DNA of 64,000 nucleotides, taken from an uncultured Gemmatimonadales bacterium (GTDB lineage: Bacteria > Gemmatimonadota > Gemmatimonadetes > Longimicrobiales > Gaopeijiaceae). The notes beneath the pieces were generated by a model, which was not told the DNA's origin, did not search any database, and saw only the letters and a list, made by a program, of their open reading frames with translations. This document shows, piece after piece, positions 9,676 through 18,847 of this stretch (positions are counted from its first letter, which is position 1; the number at the start of each line of letters is the position of its first letter). The translations under genes were made by a program, and so were the position numbers. The stretch is from contig CAWELD010000003.1 in assembly GCA_963809895.1 (NCBI GenBank), positions 3,520,001 to 3,584,000 of the forward strand, read 5' to 3'.

Positions 9676-11356
9676 ATGTCTCGTCTTCCTTCCAGATTCC
9701 GATCGACCGTGGCTGCGGCCGTTGCCGCGTCCTTCGTGGCCTGCGCTCCCGGTGACAGCGGGGGTGGCGCCGACTCGGGACAGCTCCCCTCGCTGGACGG
9801 CGCGGCCATCGCCCGCCACATGCGCACGCTGTCGGCAGACTCCTTCGCGGGCAGGGCGCCGGGCACGCCAGGGCGGTGACGCCGCGGCCCGCTACATCGC
9901 CGACCAGTTCCAGGCGGTGGGGCTCCAGCCCGTCGACGGCAGCTACTTTCAGCCGGTTCCCATGGTGGGCAGCACGCCCCGCCCCGACGGCACCACGCTC
10001 ACCCTGCAGGCCGGAGGCCAGACCTTCACCCCGTCCTATCTGGACGATTTCGTAGCCTGGTCCGGCGACGCCGAGGCCGATGACGCCCGCGCCCAGGGCG
10101 AGCTCGTGTTCGTGGGATACGGGATCGACGCGCCCGAGAACGACTGGGACGACTTCGGTGACACCGACGTGCGCGGCAAGGTGCTGCTGGGGCTGGTGAA
10201 CGACCCGCCGGCCCCCGCCGAGGAGCCGGACCTCTTCGGCGGCCGCGCCATGACCTACTACGGGCGCTGGACCTACAAGTACGAAGAGGCGGCCCGCAAA
10301 GGCGCCGCCGGCGCGATCCTGATCCACGTGACCGACATGGCCGGATACGGGTGGAACGTGGTGAGCGGCTCCTGGTCCGGCGAGCAGTTCTCGCTCCCGG
10401 CGGACCCCGGGGCGCCCGCGCCCGCAGCCGTGCAGGGGTGGATCACCAGCGACCTGGCCCGCGAAGTCCTGTCGGCGGCCGGTCTGGACCTCGACGAGCT
10501 CATGAGCCGGGCCGCCTCGCGCGACTTCACCCCGGTGGCCACGGGCATTCAGGTGGACGCACGGGTGTTGAGCGACGTGCGCGAGGTGGAGACCCAGAAC
10601 GTGGTGGGGCTCCTGCCGGGCTCGGAGCGGGCCGACGAGATCATCACGGCGACCGCCCACTACGATCACCTGGGCACGGGCCAGCCCGTGAATGGAGACA
10701 CCATCTACAACGGCGCCTACGACAACGCCTCGGGCGCGGCGCTGCTCATCGAGCTCGCCCACACCTTCGCCAACCTGAGCCCACCCCCGGAGCGGTCCAT
10801 CCTCTTCATCTCCACGGCGGCGGAGGAACAGGGGCTCCTGGGCGCGACATGGTACGTGCAGTCACCGCTCTTCCCCCTGGCGCAGACGGTGGCCGAGTTC
10901 AATGTCGACGGCGCCAACGTGTGGGGAGCCACCGACGACGTCACGGCCATGGGCGAGGCGCGCAACGAGCTCGGACCCTACGTCCGGCGCCGGGCCGACG
11001 AGCTGGGGATGCGCATCGTGCCCGACGCGGAGCCCGAGAAGGGCTACTACTTCCGCTCGGACCACTTCCCCTTCGCCAAGGCGGGCGTGCCCGCCCTCTA
11101 CATCGAGCACGGACACGACTACCGGGGCCGGCCCGAGGGTTGGGGGGATTCCATCCAGGCCGACTACACCGCCCACGCCTACCACTCCCCGCAGGACGAG
11201 TGGTCCGACGACTTCGTGTTCGAGGGGGCGGTTCAGCAGGGCGATCTCATGTTCCGCACCATGCTGGACGTGGCCAACGACACGGCGTGGCCCAACTGGT
11301 CACCCGACAGCGAGTTCCGCGCTGCCCGCGACGCCATGATGAGCGGGGGGATGTAG
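9676..11356 (+). pseudogene. M28-family aminopeptidase lipoprotein with one +1 frameshift near 9871 (possibly an assembly error)
   Basis: MSRLPS..FVAC lipobox, ..FAGRAPGTPG continues in another frame as GDAAARYIA. TAHYDHLG, NGAYDNASG, AEEQGLLG and RSDH are intact. One extra G in CCAGGGCGGTGAC. Confidence 0.85.
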
Positions 11357-11375
11357 GCGGGGCCAAGGCTTCCGA

Positions 11376-11403
11376 GGCGCTCCTCCCGTCGCGGAGGGGC
11401 GCC
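11376..11403. terminator. GC-rich hairpin between convergent genes
   Basis: GGCGCTCCTCC-N6-GGAGGGGCGCC stem; no U-tract. Confidence 0.5.
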
Positions 11404-11427
11404 AGGAGGCGGCGCTCAGGACTGACG

Positions 11428-12186
11428 CTAGAGTCCCGAAGGGTCGTCCACGAAGCTCCACTCCAGGCCGAAGCGCTCGGCGACGTGGGCGCAGAGCGCC
11501 TTCACACCGAAGGTCTCGGTGGCGTAGTGCCCACCGTAGAAGACGTCCACCCCCAACTCGTGCGCATCCACGTACGTGTGGTGCGAGCCCTCGCCGGTGA
11601 CGAGGGCGTCCATCCCGGCGGCCGCGGCCTCCTGGATGAAGGAGCCCCCACCCCCGGTCAGGACCGCGACCTTCTCCACGGTCCCGCCGCCCCCTTGGAG
11701 TACACGCACCGGACCATCCACGGCGCTGGCCACCCGCGCCCGGAAGTCCTCACGCGCTTCGGGCGCCACGGTGCCCCACCATCCGATGGGCGCGCCGTCG
11801 TACATCCCGAAACGTCCCTCCACCTCCAGTCCGAGAGCCCTGGCCAGGAGGATGCAGTTGCCGAGCTCCGGGTGGGAGTCCAGCGGCAGATGCGCGCCGT
11901 AGAGGGCGGTGCCGGCTTCCACCAGCGCCCGCACCTTGCGGTAGTGGCGACCGGTGAGTGGACGCAGGCCGGACCAGAAGAGGCCGTGATGCACCACCAG
12001 GAGATCGGCCCCGCGGGCCACCGCCCCGCGGATGGTCGACTCGCTGGTGTCCACCGCCGCGCACAGGCTCCGCACCGGGCGCCCCGCGCCCTCTACCTGC
12101 AAGCCGTTGAGGGCGTTGCGATAATCGGGATGATCCGGAATCCCCAGGAGCCGGTCCAGATATTGGAGCAGGGATTCTAATTGCAT
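11428..12186 (-). CDS. Nif3/YbgI-family dinuclear metal-centre protein
   Basis: NGLQVEG, VHHGLFW, HLPLDSHPELGN, GHYATE. Confidence 0.92.
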   Translation of the reverse strand: MQLESLLQYLDRLLGIPDHPDYRNALNGLQVEGAGRPVRSLCAAVDTSESTIRGAVARGADLLVVHHGLFWSGLRPLTGRHYRKVRALVEAGTALYGAHLPLDSHPELGNCILLARALGLEVEGRFGMYDGAPIGWWGTVAPEAREDFRARVASAVDGPVRVLQGGGGTVEKVAVLTGGGGSFIQEAAAAGMDALVTGEGSHHTYVDAHELGVDVFYGGHYATETFGVKALCAHVAERFGLEWSFVDDPSGL

Positions 12187-12198
12187 GGGAGCGCCTCA

Positions 12199-12322
12199 CT
12201 CTCCACACGATTGTGGAAAGGTGGGGAAAACCTCATTTCTCCACAGGATGGGGTGGGTGTGGACAACCCATGAGAATCCGCATGGCATCAGCCACAACCA
12301 CGGTTCCGGCGAGAGTGGAAAA
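12199..12322. promoter_or_regulatory. Cluster of DnaA-box-like 9-mers outside oriC
   Basis: CTCTCCACA 12199, TGTGGAAAG 12212, TGGGGAAAA 12222, TTCTCCACA 12237, TGTGGACAA 12258, AGTGGAAAA 12314, all in one 158-bp intergenic gap. Confidence 0.65.
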
Positions 12323-12344
12323 CTGCGGATGGGCTCTCACCGCA

Positions 12345-12809
12345 TCAGGACGCCGCAGCCCGGGCGGCGACTGCCTCTTCGGCAGGAACGGCCCGCGGCC
12401 CGCCGGTCGCCACTTCGCCCGCCCCCATGGCAAGATTTCCGTTCAGGACCGCGCCCTCCTCGAGCTGCATGCGCAGCGCCCGAACGTCACCTTCGATCCG
12501 GGCGGTGGCCTGCACCTCGAGGCGCGATTCGGCCACCAGGCTCCCCATGACGGTACCCGAGACCACGGCATCCTGGGTGTGGATATCCCCATCCACGGAC
12601 CCGTCCTTTCCCACCACCACCGCCTTTCCTGCGCGCACGGTGCCGCGGACGTCGCCTTCGATGCGGAGTGTGCCCTCGGTCTCCAGGTCCCCGACGACCT
12701 TCATGCCCGGGCCGATGAGGGAGATGACGCCGTCCGGGATGCCGGGGGCCTGCCGTTCGCGTGCCATGGAGTCCTCTGGGGTTCGTGACCGTGGTCGCTG
12801 GAAGATCAT
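12345..12809 (-). CDS. Bactofilin (polymer-forming cytoskeletal protein)
   Basis: SLIGPGMKVVGDL..LRIEG..G.VDGDI..VSGTVMG..IEGDV..LEEGAVLNG beta-helix repeats. ATGA overlap with the M23 gene; alternative start at 12767. Confidence 0.92.
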   Translation of the reverse strand: MIFQRPRSRTPEDSMARERQAPGIPDGVISLIGPGMKVVGDLETEGTLRIEGDVRGTVRAGKAVVVGKDGSVDGDIHTQDAVVSGTVMGSLVAESRLEVQATARIEGDVRALRMQLEEGAVLNGNLAMGAGEVATGGPRAVPAEEAVAARAAAS

Positions 12810-13570
12810 GCGGGCGGCCGCACCATTGTCAGGGGGTCCACCGGCGCCCCGTCCAGCAGGATCTCGAAATGGAGGTGGGGCGCGGTGGAACGCCCCGTGT
12901 TCCCCGATAGAGCGATCACTTCGCCCCTGCGCACCGTCTCGCCTGGCGTGACGAAGGTCGTGGAGGCATGCGCATACAGACTACTGTAACCCTGCCCGTG
13001 GTCCACGGCCACGTAATTCCCGTAGATGGGGTCCTCGCCGACGTCGGCCACGATGCCGGCACCGGCCGCACGAATGTAGGTATCGGCGGGAACGGCGATG
13101 TCCACGCCCGGATGCTCCCCCTCGTCACCCTCCAGGAGGGACTGGGTCACGAACCCTCGCTGGGAGAGAGGCCAGGCCGTGGGCGCCGACACTGTATCGC
13201 CGCTGGAAGCGGTGCGGGGCCGACCTGCGCCCGGCGGAGGCAACCAGAGGCTGGAGGCACCGACGCTGTCTACACCGAACAAACCCCGAATATTGCCGTA
13301 TCTTGCTTCGAGTTCGTCGAGGGTGCGGGCCAGTTCCGCGATCTGTCCACGCTCGGCTTCGAACTGTGCGACGCGGTCTTCGAGGCGGGATACGTGGGCC
13401 GCCCGAACGGCAAGGTAGAGCCAGCTCCCGACCATGAGGGCGAGGACGAGGGCGGCGCCGCCCGCCAGAATCTTGTAGAGCCGCAGCCGGCGGCGCGTGA
13501 ACCGATACGTGCGACTCGCCCCGCCGTCTTCCGGAACGACGATGATGCTGAGGCCCGGCTCTCTGGTCAT
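12806..13570 (-). CDS. Membrane-anchored M23 peptidase
   Basis: N-terminal TM, coiled coil, HPGVD (HxxxD), YAH, GRSTAPHLHFE. Confidence 0.92.
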   Translation of the reverse strand: MTREPGLSIIVVPEDGGASRTYRFTRRRLRLYKILAGGAALVLALMVGSWLYLAVRAAHVSRLEDRVAQFEAERGQIAELARTLDELEARYGNIRGLFGVDSVGASSLWLPPPGAGRPRTASSGDTVSAPTAWPLSQRGFVTQSLLEGDEGEHPGVDIAVPADTYIRAAGAGIVADVGEDPIYGNYVAVDHGQGYSSLYAHASTTFVTPGETVRRGEVIALSGNTGRSTAPHLHFEILLDGAPVDPLTMVRPPA

Positions 13571-13580
13571 TGGCCTCGAG

Positions 13581-14492
13581 TTATCCCAGCACCTCGGAGG
13601 CTTCCACCCCCGCGACCAGGGCGAAGAGGCGCTCGAAGTCCTCGGTGTCGTGGAAGGGGATCTCGATCACGCCCGTGCCCTTCGCGCTACCGCGCCGGAT
13701 CTGGACCCTGGTGCCCAGGCGCTCCCGCAGCGCTTCTTCCAGGGCTCGCACGAGGGGATCCCGAGCCGCCGCGGTGGGTGACGGTCGCTTCGTCTTGGCT
13801 GCGGCGTCGCCCCCCTTCCCTTGCCGGACCTTGCGCTCGACTTCACGCACCGACCAGCCGTCCTTGGCCGCTTTGCGGGCGAGCTCGGCGGCGCGGATAG
13901 GGTCCTCCATGGACAACAGAGCGCGGGCATGACCCATGGAGAGCTCTCCGTCGCGCAGCATCGAGCGAATGGAGAGCGGCAGCCGCAGGAGCCGGAGCAC
14001 GTTCGCCACCGTCGAGCGCTCCTTGCCCACTGCCCTGGCGATCTCCTCCTGCGTCATGTCGAAACGGTCGGCGAGCGCCTGGTATCCCTCGGCCTCCTCC
14101 AGGGGATTCAGCTGCTCGCGCTGCAGGTTCTCCACCAGCGCCAGCACCAGGAGCGCTTCGTCATCCACTTCCCGAATCAGCACCGGCACATCGTCCCAAC
14201 CCAGGCGCTGGACGCAGCGGAAGCGCCGCTCGCCAGCCACCAACTCATACCGTCCCTCGGTGCTCGGCGATGGCCGCACCACGAGGGGTTGTAGTAGCCC
14301 GTTCTCCTGTATGGACGCCGCCAGCTCGACCAACTCGTTCTCCGAGAACTCCTGGCGGGGCTGCAGAGGGTTGGCGACCACGACCTTCACGGGAATTCGC
14401 CGCACCTCGCCCGGCTCCGGCTCCGACTCCATGTAGTCGCCCAGGAGAGCACCGAGTCCGCGACCCAATCGATCCTTCCGTGATTTGCTCAT
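13581..14492 (-). CDS. parB: Chromosome partitioning protein ParB
   Basis: [34 protein letters not shown] and an HTH. Confidence 0.96.
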   Translation of the reverse strand: MSKSRKDRLGRGLGALLGDYMESEPEPGEVRRIPVKVVVANPLQPRQEFSENELVELAASIQENGLLQPLVVRPSPSTEGRYELVAGERRFRCVQRLGWDDVPVLIREVDDEALLVLALVENLQREQLNPLEEAEGYQALADRFDMTQEEIARAVGKERSTVANVLRLLRLPLSIRSMLRDGELSMGHARALLSMEDPIRAAELARKAAKDGWSVREVERKVRQGKGGDAAAKTKRPSPTAAARDPLVRALEEALRERLGTRVQIRRGSAKGTGVIEIPFHDTEDFERLFALVAGVEASEVLG

Positions 14493-15286
14493 GATGCGGA
14501 TTCTCCCGCGGACGACCCGGGCTTCCGGGCTCGAATCACTTCCTTGGCCAACGCCAGGTAGCTCTGCGCGCCGGCCGACAAGACGTCGTAATGAACGATC
14601 GGCTGCCCGAAGCTCGGAGCCTCGGCCAGCCGCACATTTCGCGGAATGGTGGTCTGATACACCTTGTCGCCGAAGTATTCCAGCGCTTCGTCCGCCACTT
14701 GCTTGGAGAGATTCAGGCGGCGGTCGTACATGGTCAGCAGGACGCCCTCGATCTCGAGGCCGGGATTCAACCCTTTCTGGACCAGGCGGACCGTGTTGAG
14801 GAGCTGGCTCAGGCCTTCCAGCGCGTAGAACTCGCACTGGATGGGAATCAGCACCGAATCGGCGGCCGTGAGCGTGTTGAGGGTCAGCAGGCCGAGGGAC
14901 GGCGGACAGTCCACCAGGACGAAGTCGTACCGGTCCCGCACGGGCTCGAGGGCGCGACGAAGCACGGTCTCCCGGTCTCCAGTGGCCACCAGCTCGATCT
15001 CCGCGCCCACCAGATCGCGCGTGGACGGCAGCAGGTCGAGGTGCTCGAAGTGGATCTCCCGCACCAGGCACTCATCGACGGGACGACCGTTGACCAGCAC
15101 GTCATACACGGTCGGCCGACCCTCACGTCCCTCCAGACCCAGCCCCGAGGTGGCGTTGCCCTGGGGATCGATGTCGATGATCAGGGTCCGCTGCTCGGCC
15201 ACAGCCAGGGAGGCCCCCAGGTTGATGGCCGTGGTGGTCTTGCCCACCCCACCCTTCTGATTGGCGATGGCGATGACGCGGGACAT
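14489..15286 (-). CDS. parA: Chromosome partitioning ATPase ParA/Soj
   Basis: [39 protein letters not shown]. Confidence 0.96.
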   Translation of the reverse strand: MSRVIAIANQKGGVGKTTTAINLGASLAVAEQRTLIIDIDPQGNATSGLGLEGREGRPTVYDVLVNGRPVDECLVREIHFEHLDLLPSTRDLVGAEIELVATGDRETVLRRALEPVRDRYDFVLVDCPPSLGLLTLNTLTAADSVLIPIQCEFYALEGLSQLLNTVRLVQKGLNPGLEIEGVLLTMYDRRLNLSKQVADEALEYFGDKVYQTTIPRNVRLAEAPSFGQPIVHYDVLSAGAQSYLALAKEVIRARKPGSSAGESAS

Positions 15287-15335
15287 GAACTCCTTCGGGT
15301 GCGGCTGCGGGACGCGGGAACGGTCCGGGTGGGGC

Positions 15336-15364
15336 AATATACCCCGGGTCGTGGGGTGGGTAAA
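15336..15364 (-). promoter_or_regulatory. Putative sigma70 promoter of the parA operon
   Basis: TTTACC-N17-TATATT on the minus strand, about 50 bp upstream of parA. Confidence 0.55.
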
Positions 15365-15448
15365 GCGAGGTCAGGGTTGACGATGATCGCCATTTCTGAC
15401 GAGAATCCGGCATCGCGAGCGGCTTCTCCCCCACCGTCGGAGTCCCAG

Positions 15449-15913
15449 ATGCGCCGTGCCGCCTGGCTTTGCGGAGTTTTCGCCCTGATCGCCGTGCTCG
15501 GAGCCTGTGGCGGAGACGACGGCGTGTCGGCAGATCCCTCCGTCGCCTTCCTGGTGGGAGATTGGTCCGCGACCCACATGGTGGTCACGCCCGACCTCGC
15601 GCCCGACCAGGCGTTGGACCTCATCGACGCCGGCGGATCGTTCTCGCTCAACGTCCAGCCTTCCGGTCAATACACGGCGGTGATCAGCATTCCAGGATTC
15701 GGCGCTCCCCCGCCCGAGCTCGGGACCCTGACGGTGGAAGGCGACGAGATCGTCTTCACCCGGACATCCCCGGCGCCAAAGACCGTGTCGAGGGCGACGT
15801 ACGAGGAGGTCGCCCCGGGGCACGTCATCTTCAGCGGCGCGTCCGAGCTCGACATCGATGGGAATGGGACCGCGGACGCGGTGACCCTGGAAGTGGAGAT
15901 CGTCCGCGACTAG
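15449..15913 (+). CDS. Lipoprotein, lipocalin-like beta-rich domain
   Basis: MRRAAWLCGVFALIAVLGAC lipobox and an LVGDW motif. Confidence 0.75.
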   Translation: MRRAAWLCGVFALIAVLGACGGDDGVSADPSVAFLVGDWSATHMVVTPDLAPDQALDLIDAGGSFSLNVQPSGQYTAVISIPGFGAPPPELGTLTVEGDEIVFTRTSPAPKTVSRATYEEVAPGHVIFSGASELDIDGNGTADAVTLEVEIVRD

Positions 15914-15943
15914 AAGCGGTGGGCGACGCTGGTTTCACGGCAA

Positions 15944-16040
15944 TGTTCCACGTGAAACAATGGCCGGGCGCCCCAGCGGCAATGTTCCACGTGAAACAAT
16001 CCTTGCGCTTGCCACCCTGGACGATGTTCCACGTGAAACA
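15944..16040. repeat. parS: Three tandem parS sites
   Basis: TGTTCCACGTGAAACA at 15944-15959, 15983-15998 and 16025-16040. Each is one base from the canonical palindrome TGTTTCACGTGAAACA and lies 0.7 kb from parA. Confidence 0.93.
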
Positions 16041-16577
16041 ATCAGGCTCCCGGCGGGCAGCAGCACGGACGACTCCGCTCAGCTGCGCCAACGGCATCTC
16101 GGTCAGCACCTTTCCTCCCCCTGACATCCATCGACCCGGCCCGCGGCCGCAGGCCCACCTCTTCAAAGGCCCTCTCGACGTGAACCGAGCTGCCGGTCGT
16201 CGTCTCCGGCCTGCTATCCCGAGTCATCTCGTGACGACAGGCGGTTGGCGGGAGTGCGGCTGCGCTGGCGGAACCGATCCGCCGAGAGCGGGCCGCCCCA
16301 CGGTGACGGTGATGCTCTGCCGAAGCCGAGCACGGATCCCACCACCTGCGCGGGCCGCCCTCCACCACGAGACGCTCCAGACGCTCCAGGAAGCGAAACC
16401 TCTTCGTGATCGAAGCGGCCCCGGCGGGCCATGCCGGCAACGAGCCGTTCCCGAACCAGCCGCATCCGGAGCCTGATGGAAAGAATTGCGCTCCCGGCGC
16501 AGGCCGGCGATGGCTGCGCCAGCCCAGGGGGTGCGGCCAAGGCGAGCGGTGAACGAGGTGTCAGGGGTGCGGTGCTG

Positions 16578-18503
16578 TCAACCTAACTGCTTGTGCCCCA
16601 AGACTTTAGATGCCCCCGCACTCACCTTCCTCAGCCGCTTCACCTCGAAGAGGAGGTTCTGGAGATCCGCCGCGGACACGCCGGGGATCCGCCCGGCCTG
16701 GGCGAGGGTGGCCGGGCGCACACGGACCAGCTTCTCACGTGCCTCGAGGCTGAGGGTCTCCATGACACCGTACGGCAGATCCTCGCGCAGCTCGAAATCG
16801 TGCTGCGCCCGCAGCGCCTCCGCCCGCTCCCGCTCCCGTGCCACGTATCCCTCGTACTTGAGCTCCACCTCCACCGCCGCCAAGGCCCCGCCCCAACCCG
16901 CGGTCTCGACGAGACCCGCCGGTGCTTCGCCGGCCTCCAGGAGCGCGGGGGCATCGACCCCGGGGCGCCGGAGCAGCTCCAGCGCTGGAGACGCCTCCCG
17001 AATGGGGTTCCCTCCCGCGGCTTCCAGCAATCCGTTCACCCGATCGGGCGAGATCCAGGTCCCCGCAAACCAGTCCCGAAGCTCGTCCTCTTCCCGCAAC
17101 CGCTCCTCGAGGGCCCCTCGCTGGATCCGTGTCAGCAGGCCGAGCTCACCGGCCAGGGGCCCGAGCCGGCGTACGGCGTTGTCCTGACGGAGCAGGAGTC
17201 GGAACTCGGCCCGGGACGTGAACAGACGGTAGGGCTCGTCCACGCCCCTGGTGACGAGGTCGTCCACCAGGACGCCCACGTACGCCTGATCCCGGCGCAG
17301 CACCAGTGGAGGCCGCCCCTGCACCTGCAGCGCGGCGTTGATGCCTGCGACGATCCCCTGACCCGCCGCCTCCTCGTAGCCCGTCGTGCCGTTGATCTGG
17401 CCGGCGAAGAACAGCCCGGCGACCGCCCGGACCTCCAGCGTGGGCCGTAGCTGATGCGGGGGGAAATAGTCGTACTCGATGGCGTAGCCCGGCCGCGTCA
17501 TGCGTACGTCCTCCATCCCCGGCACGGTGCGCAGAAAGCGCAGCTGCACGTCTGGCGGCAGGGAGGTGGACAGGCCGTTCACGTACAGCTCGTGGGTATC
17601 CAGCCCCTCGGGCTCCAGAAAGACCTGATGCCGGCGTGCCTGCGGAAAGCGGACCACCTTGTCCTCGATGGACGGGCAGTAGCGCGGTCCCTTGCCCGCG
17701 ATGGCCCCGCCGTAGAGGGCGCTGGCCCCGAGGTTTTCTTCCACCACGCGCTGCAGCGCCTCGCCCGTCCAGGTGATCCAGCAGGGGCGCTGCTCGGGGA
17801 TCTCTTCCCGATGATAGAGCGAGAAGCGGAAGTCCTCGGGATCGCCGTCCTGCCTCTCCACGCCCTCGAGGTCCACCGTGCGCCCGTCGACCCGGGGCGG
17901 AGTGCCGGTCTTGAAGCGCCCCACCTCCAGCCCGCGCGCTTCCAGGGCCTCCGCCAGCGCCACCGATGGCGCCTCGCCGGCACGCCCCGCGGGCAAGCCG
18001 TCGGGTCCGTTGCCGACGTGGATGCGTCCCCGCAGAAAGGTCCCTGCCGTCACCACCACGGCGCGGGCCCGAAAGCCGACGCCGGACCGCGTCCGGATGC
18101 CCACGACCCGGTCCCCGTCGAAAACCGGTCCGGTGACCAGGTCCTGAAAGAAGTCCAGACGCTCCGTGGCCTCGAGGATTCGTCGCACCGCCCGGGGGTA
18201 GAGCGCCCGATCGCACTGGGCCCGGGGCCCCCACACCGCCGGCCCGCGCGAGCGGTTGAGCATGCGGAACTGGATCCTCGCCGCATCGGCCGCGCGCCCC
18301 ATGACCCCGCCGAGAGCGTCGATCTCCCGCACGACCACACCCTTGGCGATTCCTCCGATGGCCGGATTGCAGCTCATGGCGCCGATCCGCGACAGGTCGG
18401 CGGTCACCAGGAGGGTGTGGCACCCCAGTCGTGCCGCGGCAGCCGCGGCCTCGCTCCCGGCGTGACCGCCCCCCACGACGATGACGTCGTAACTCGTCTC
18501 CAT
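16578..18503 (-). CDS. mnmG: tRNA uridine-5-carboxymethylaminomethyl synthesis enzyme MnmG
   Basis: VVGGGHAGSEAA, MSCNPAIGG, RFKTGTPPR, GPRYCPSIEDK, AGQINGTTGYEEAA. Confidence 0.97.
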   Translation of the reverse strand: METSYDVIVVGGGHAGSEAAAAAARLGCHTLLVTADLSRIGAMSCNPAIGGIAKGVVVREIDALGGVMGRAADAARIQFRMLNRSRGPAVWGPRAQCDRALYPRAVRRILEATERLDFFQDLVTGPVFDGDRVVGIRTRSGVGFRARAVVVTAGTFLRGRIHVGNGPDGLPAGRAGEAPSVALAEALEARGLEVGRFKTGTPPRVDGRTVDLEGVERQDGDPEDFRFSLYHREEIPEQRPCWITWTGEALQRVVEENLGASALYGGAIAGKGPRYCPSIEDKVVRFPQARRHQVFLEPEGLDTHELYVNGLSTSLPPDVQLRFLRTVPGMEDVRMTRPGYAIEYDYFPPHQLRPTLEVRAVAGLFFAGQINGTTGYEEAAGQGIVAGINAALQVQGRPPLVLRRDQAYVGVLVDDLVTRGVDEPYRLFTSRAEFRLLLRQDNAVRRLGPLAGELGLLTRIQRGALEERLREEDELRDWFAGTWISPDRVNGLLEAAGGNPIREASPALELLRRPGVDAPALLEAGEAPAGLVETAGWGGALAAVEVELKYEGYVARERERAEALRAQHDFELREDLPYGVMETLSLEAREKLVRVRPATLAQAGRIPGVSAADLQNLLFEVKRLRKVSAGASKVLGHKQLG

Positions 18504-18553
18504 GCCCTCGCCTCGTTCCCTGTCAGCCGACTCCAGTACCGTCACGCACCACG

Positions 18554-18844
18554 CTACGGACGCAGGATCCTGAATCCTTCCGTCCCGGCGGCGTCTCCGG
18601 CCGCGATGGGCTCCAACTCGACCACCCGGGCTCCGGGGGGGCCTTCCCGGAGCCAGCACTCGAGGCGGTCCAGCGCCGCCCTCGAGCCCCGGGCGTGCAC
18701 CTCGACCCTTCCATCGGCCCGGTTCCACACGGCGCCCTGCACGCCCAGGCTACGAGCCTCCTGCACGGTGGACCAGCGAAACCCCACACCCTGCACGCGC
18801 CCTGAAACCAGGTACGCGCGTCGCTCCTCGGGGGATTCCACCAC
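18554..18844 (-). CDS. acyP: Acylphosphatase
   Basis: VSGRVQGVGFR, VWNRADGRVEV, GPPGARV. Confidence 0.92.
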   Translation of the reverse strand: MVESPEERRAYLVSGRVQGVGFRWSTVQEARSLGVQGAVWNRADGRVEVHARGSRAALDRLECWLREGPPGARVVELEPIAAGDAAGTEGFRILRP

Positions 18845-18847
18845 GTC

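Noticed and set aside
6185..11356. 1723-aa plus-strand ORF and the 1175-aa ORF at 7235-10762
   Set aside because: Both are antisense shadow frames of high-GC genes fused to real coding parts; the real genes are M14 (7235-9535) and M28 (9676-11356).
15938..16042. Three ~19-24-bp repeats with unique spacers, resembling a mini-CRISPR
   Set aside because: The repeat core is the parS palindrome next to parAB, the spacers are only about 20-23 bp, and there are no cas genes.
16041..16577. ORFs 15831-16166, 16042-16440 and 16214-16540 as real genes or an rsmG remnant
   Set aside because: No methyltransferase or other motifs and no convincing RBS; one of them simply translates the parS repeats.
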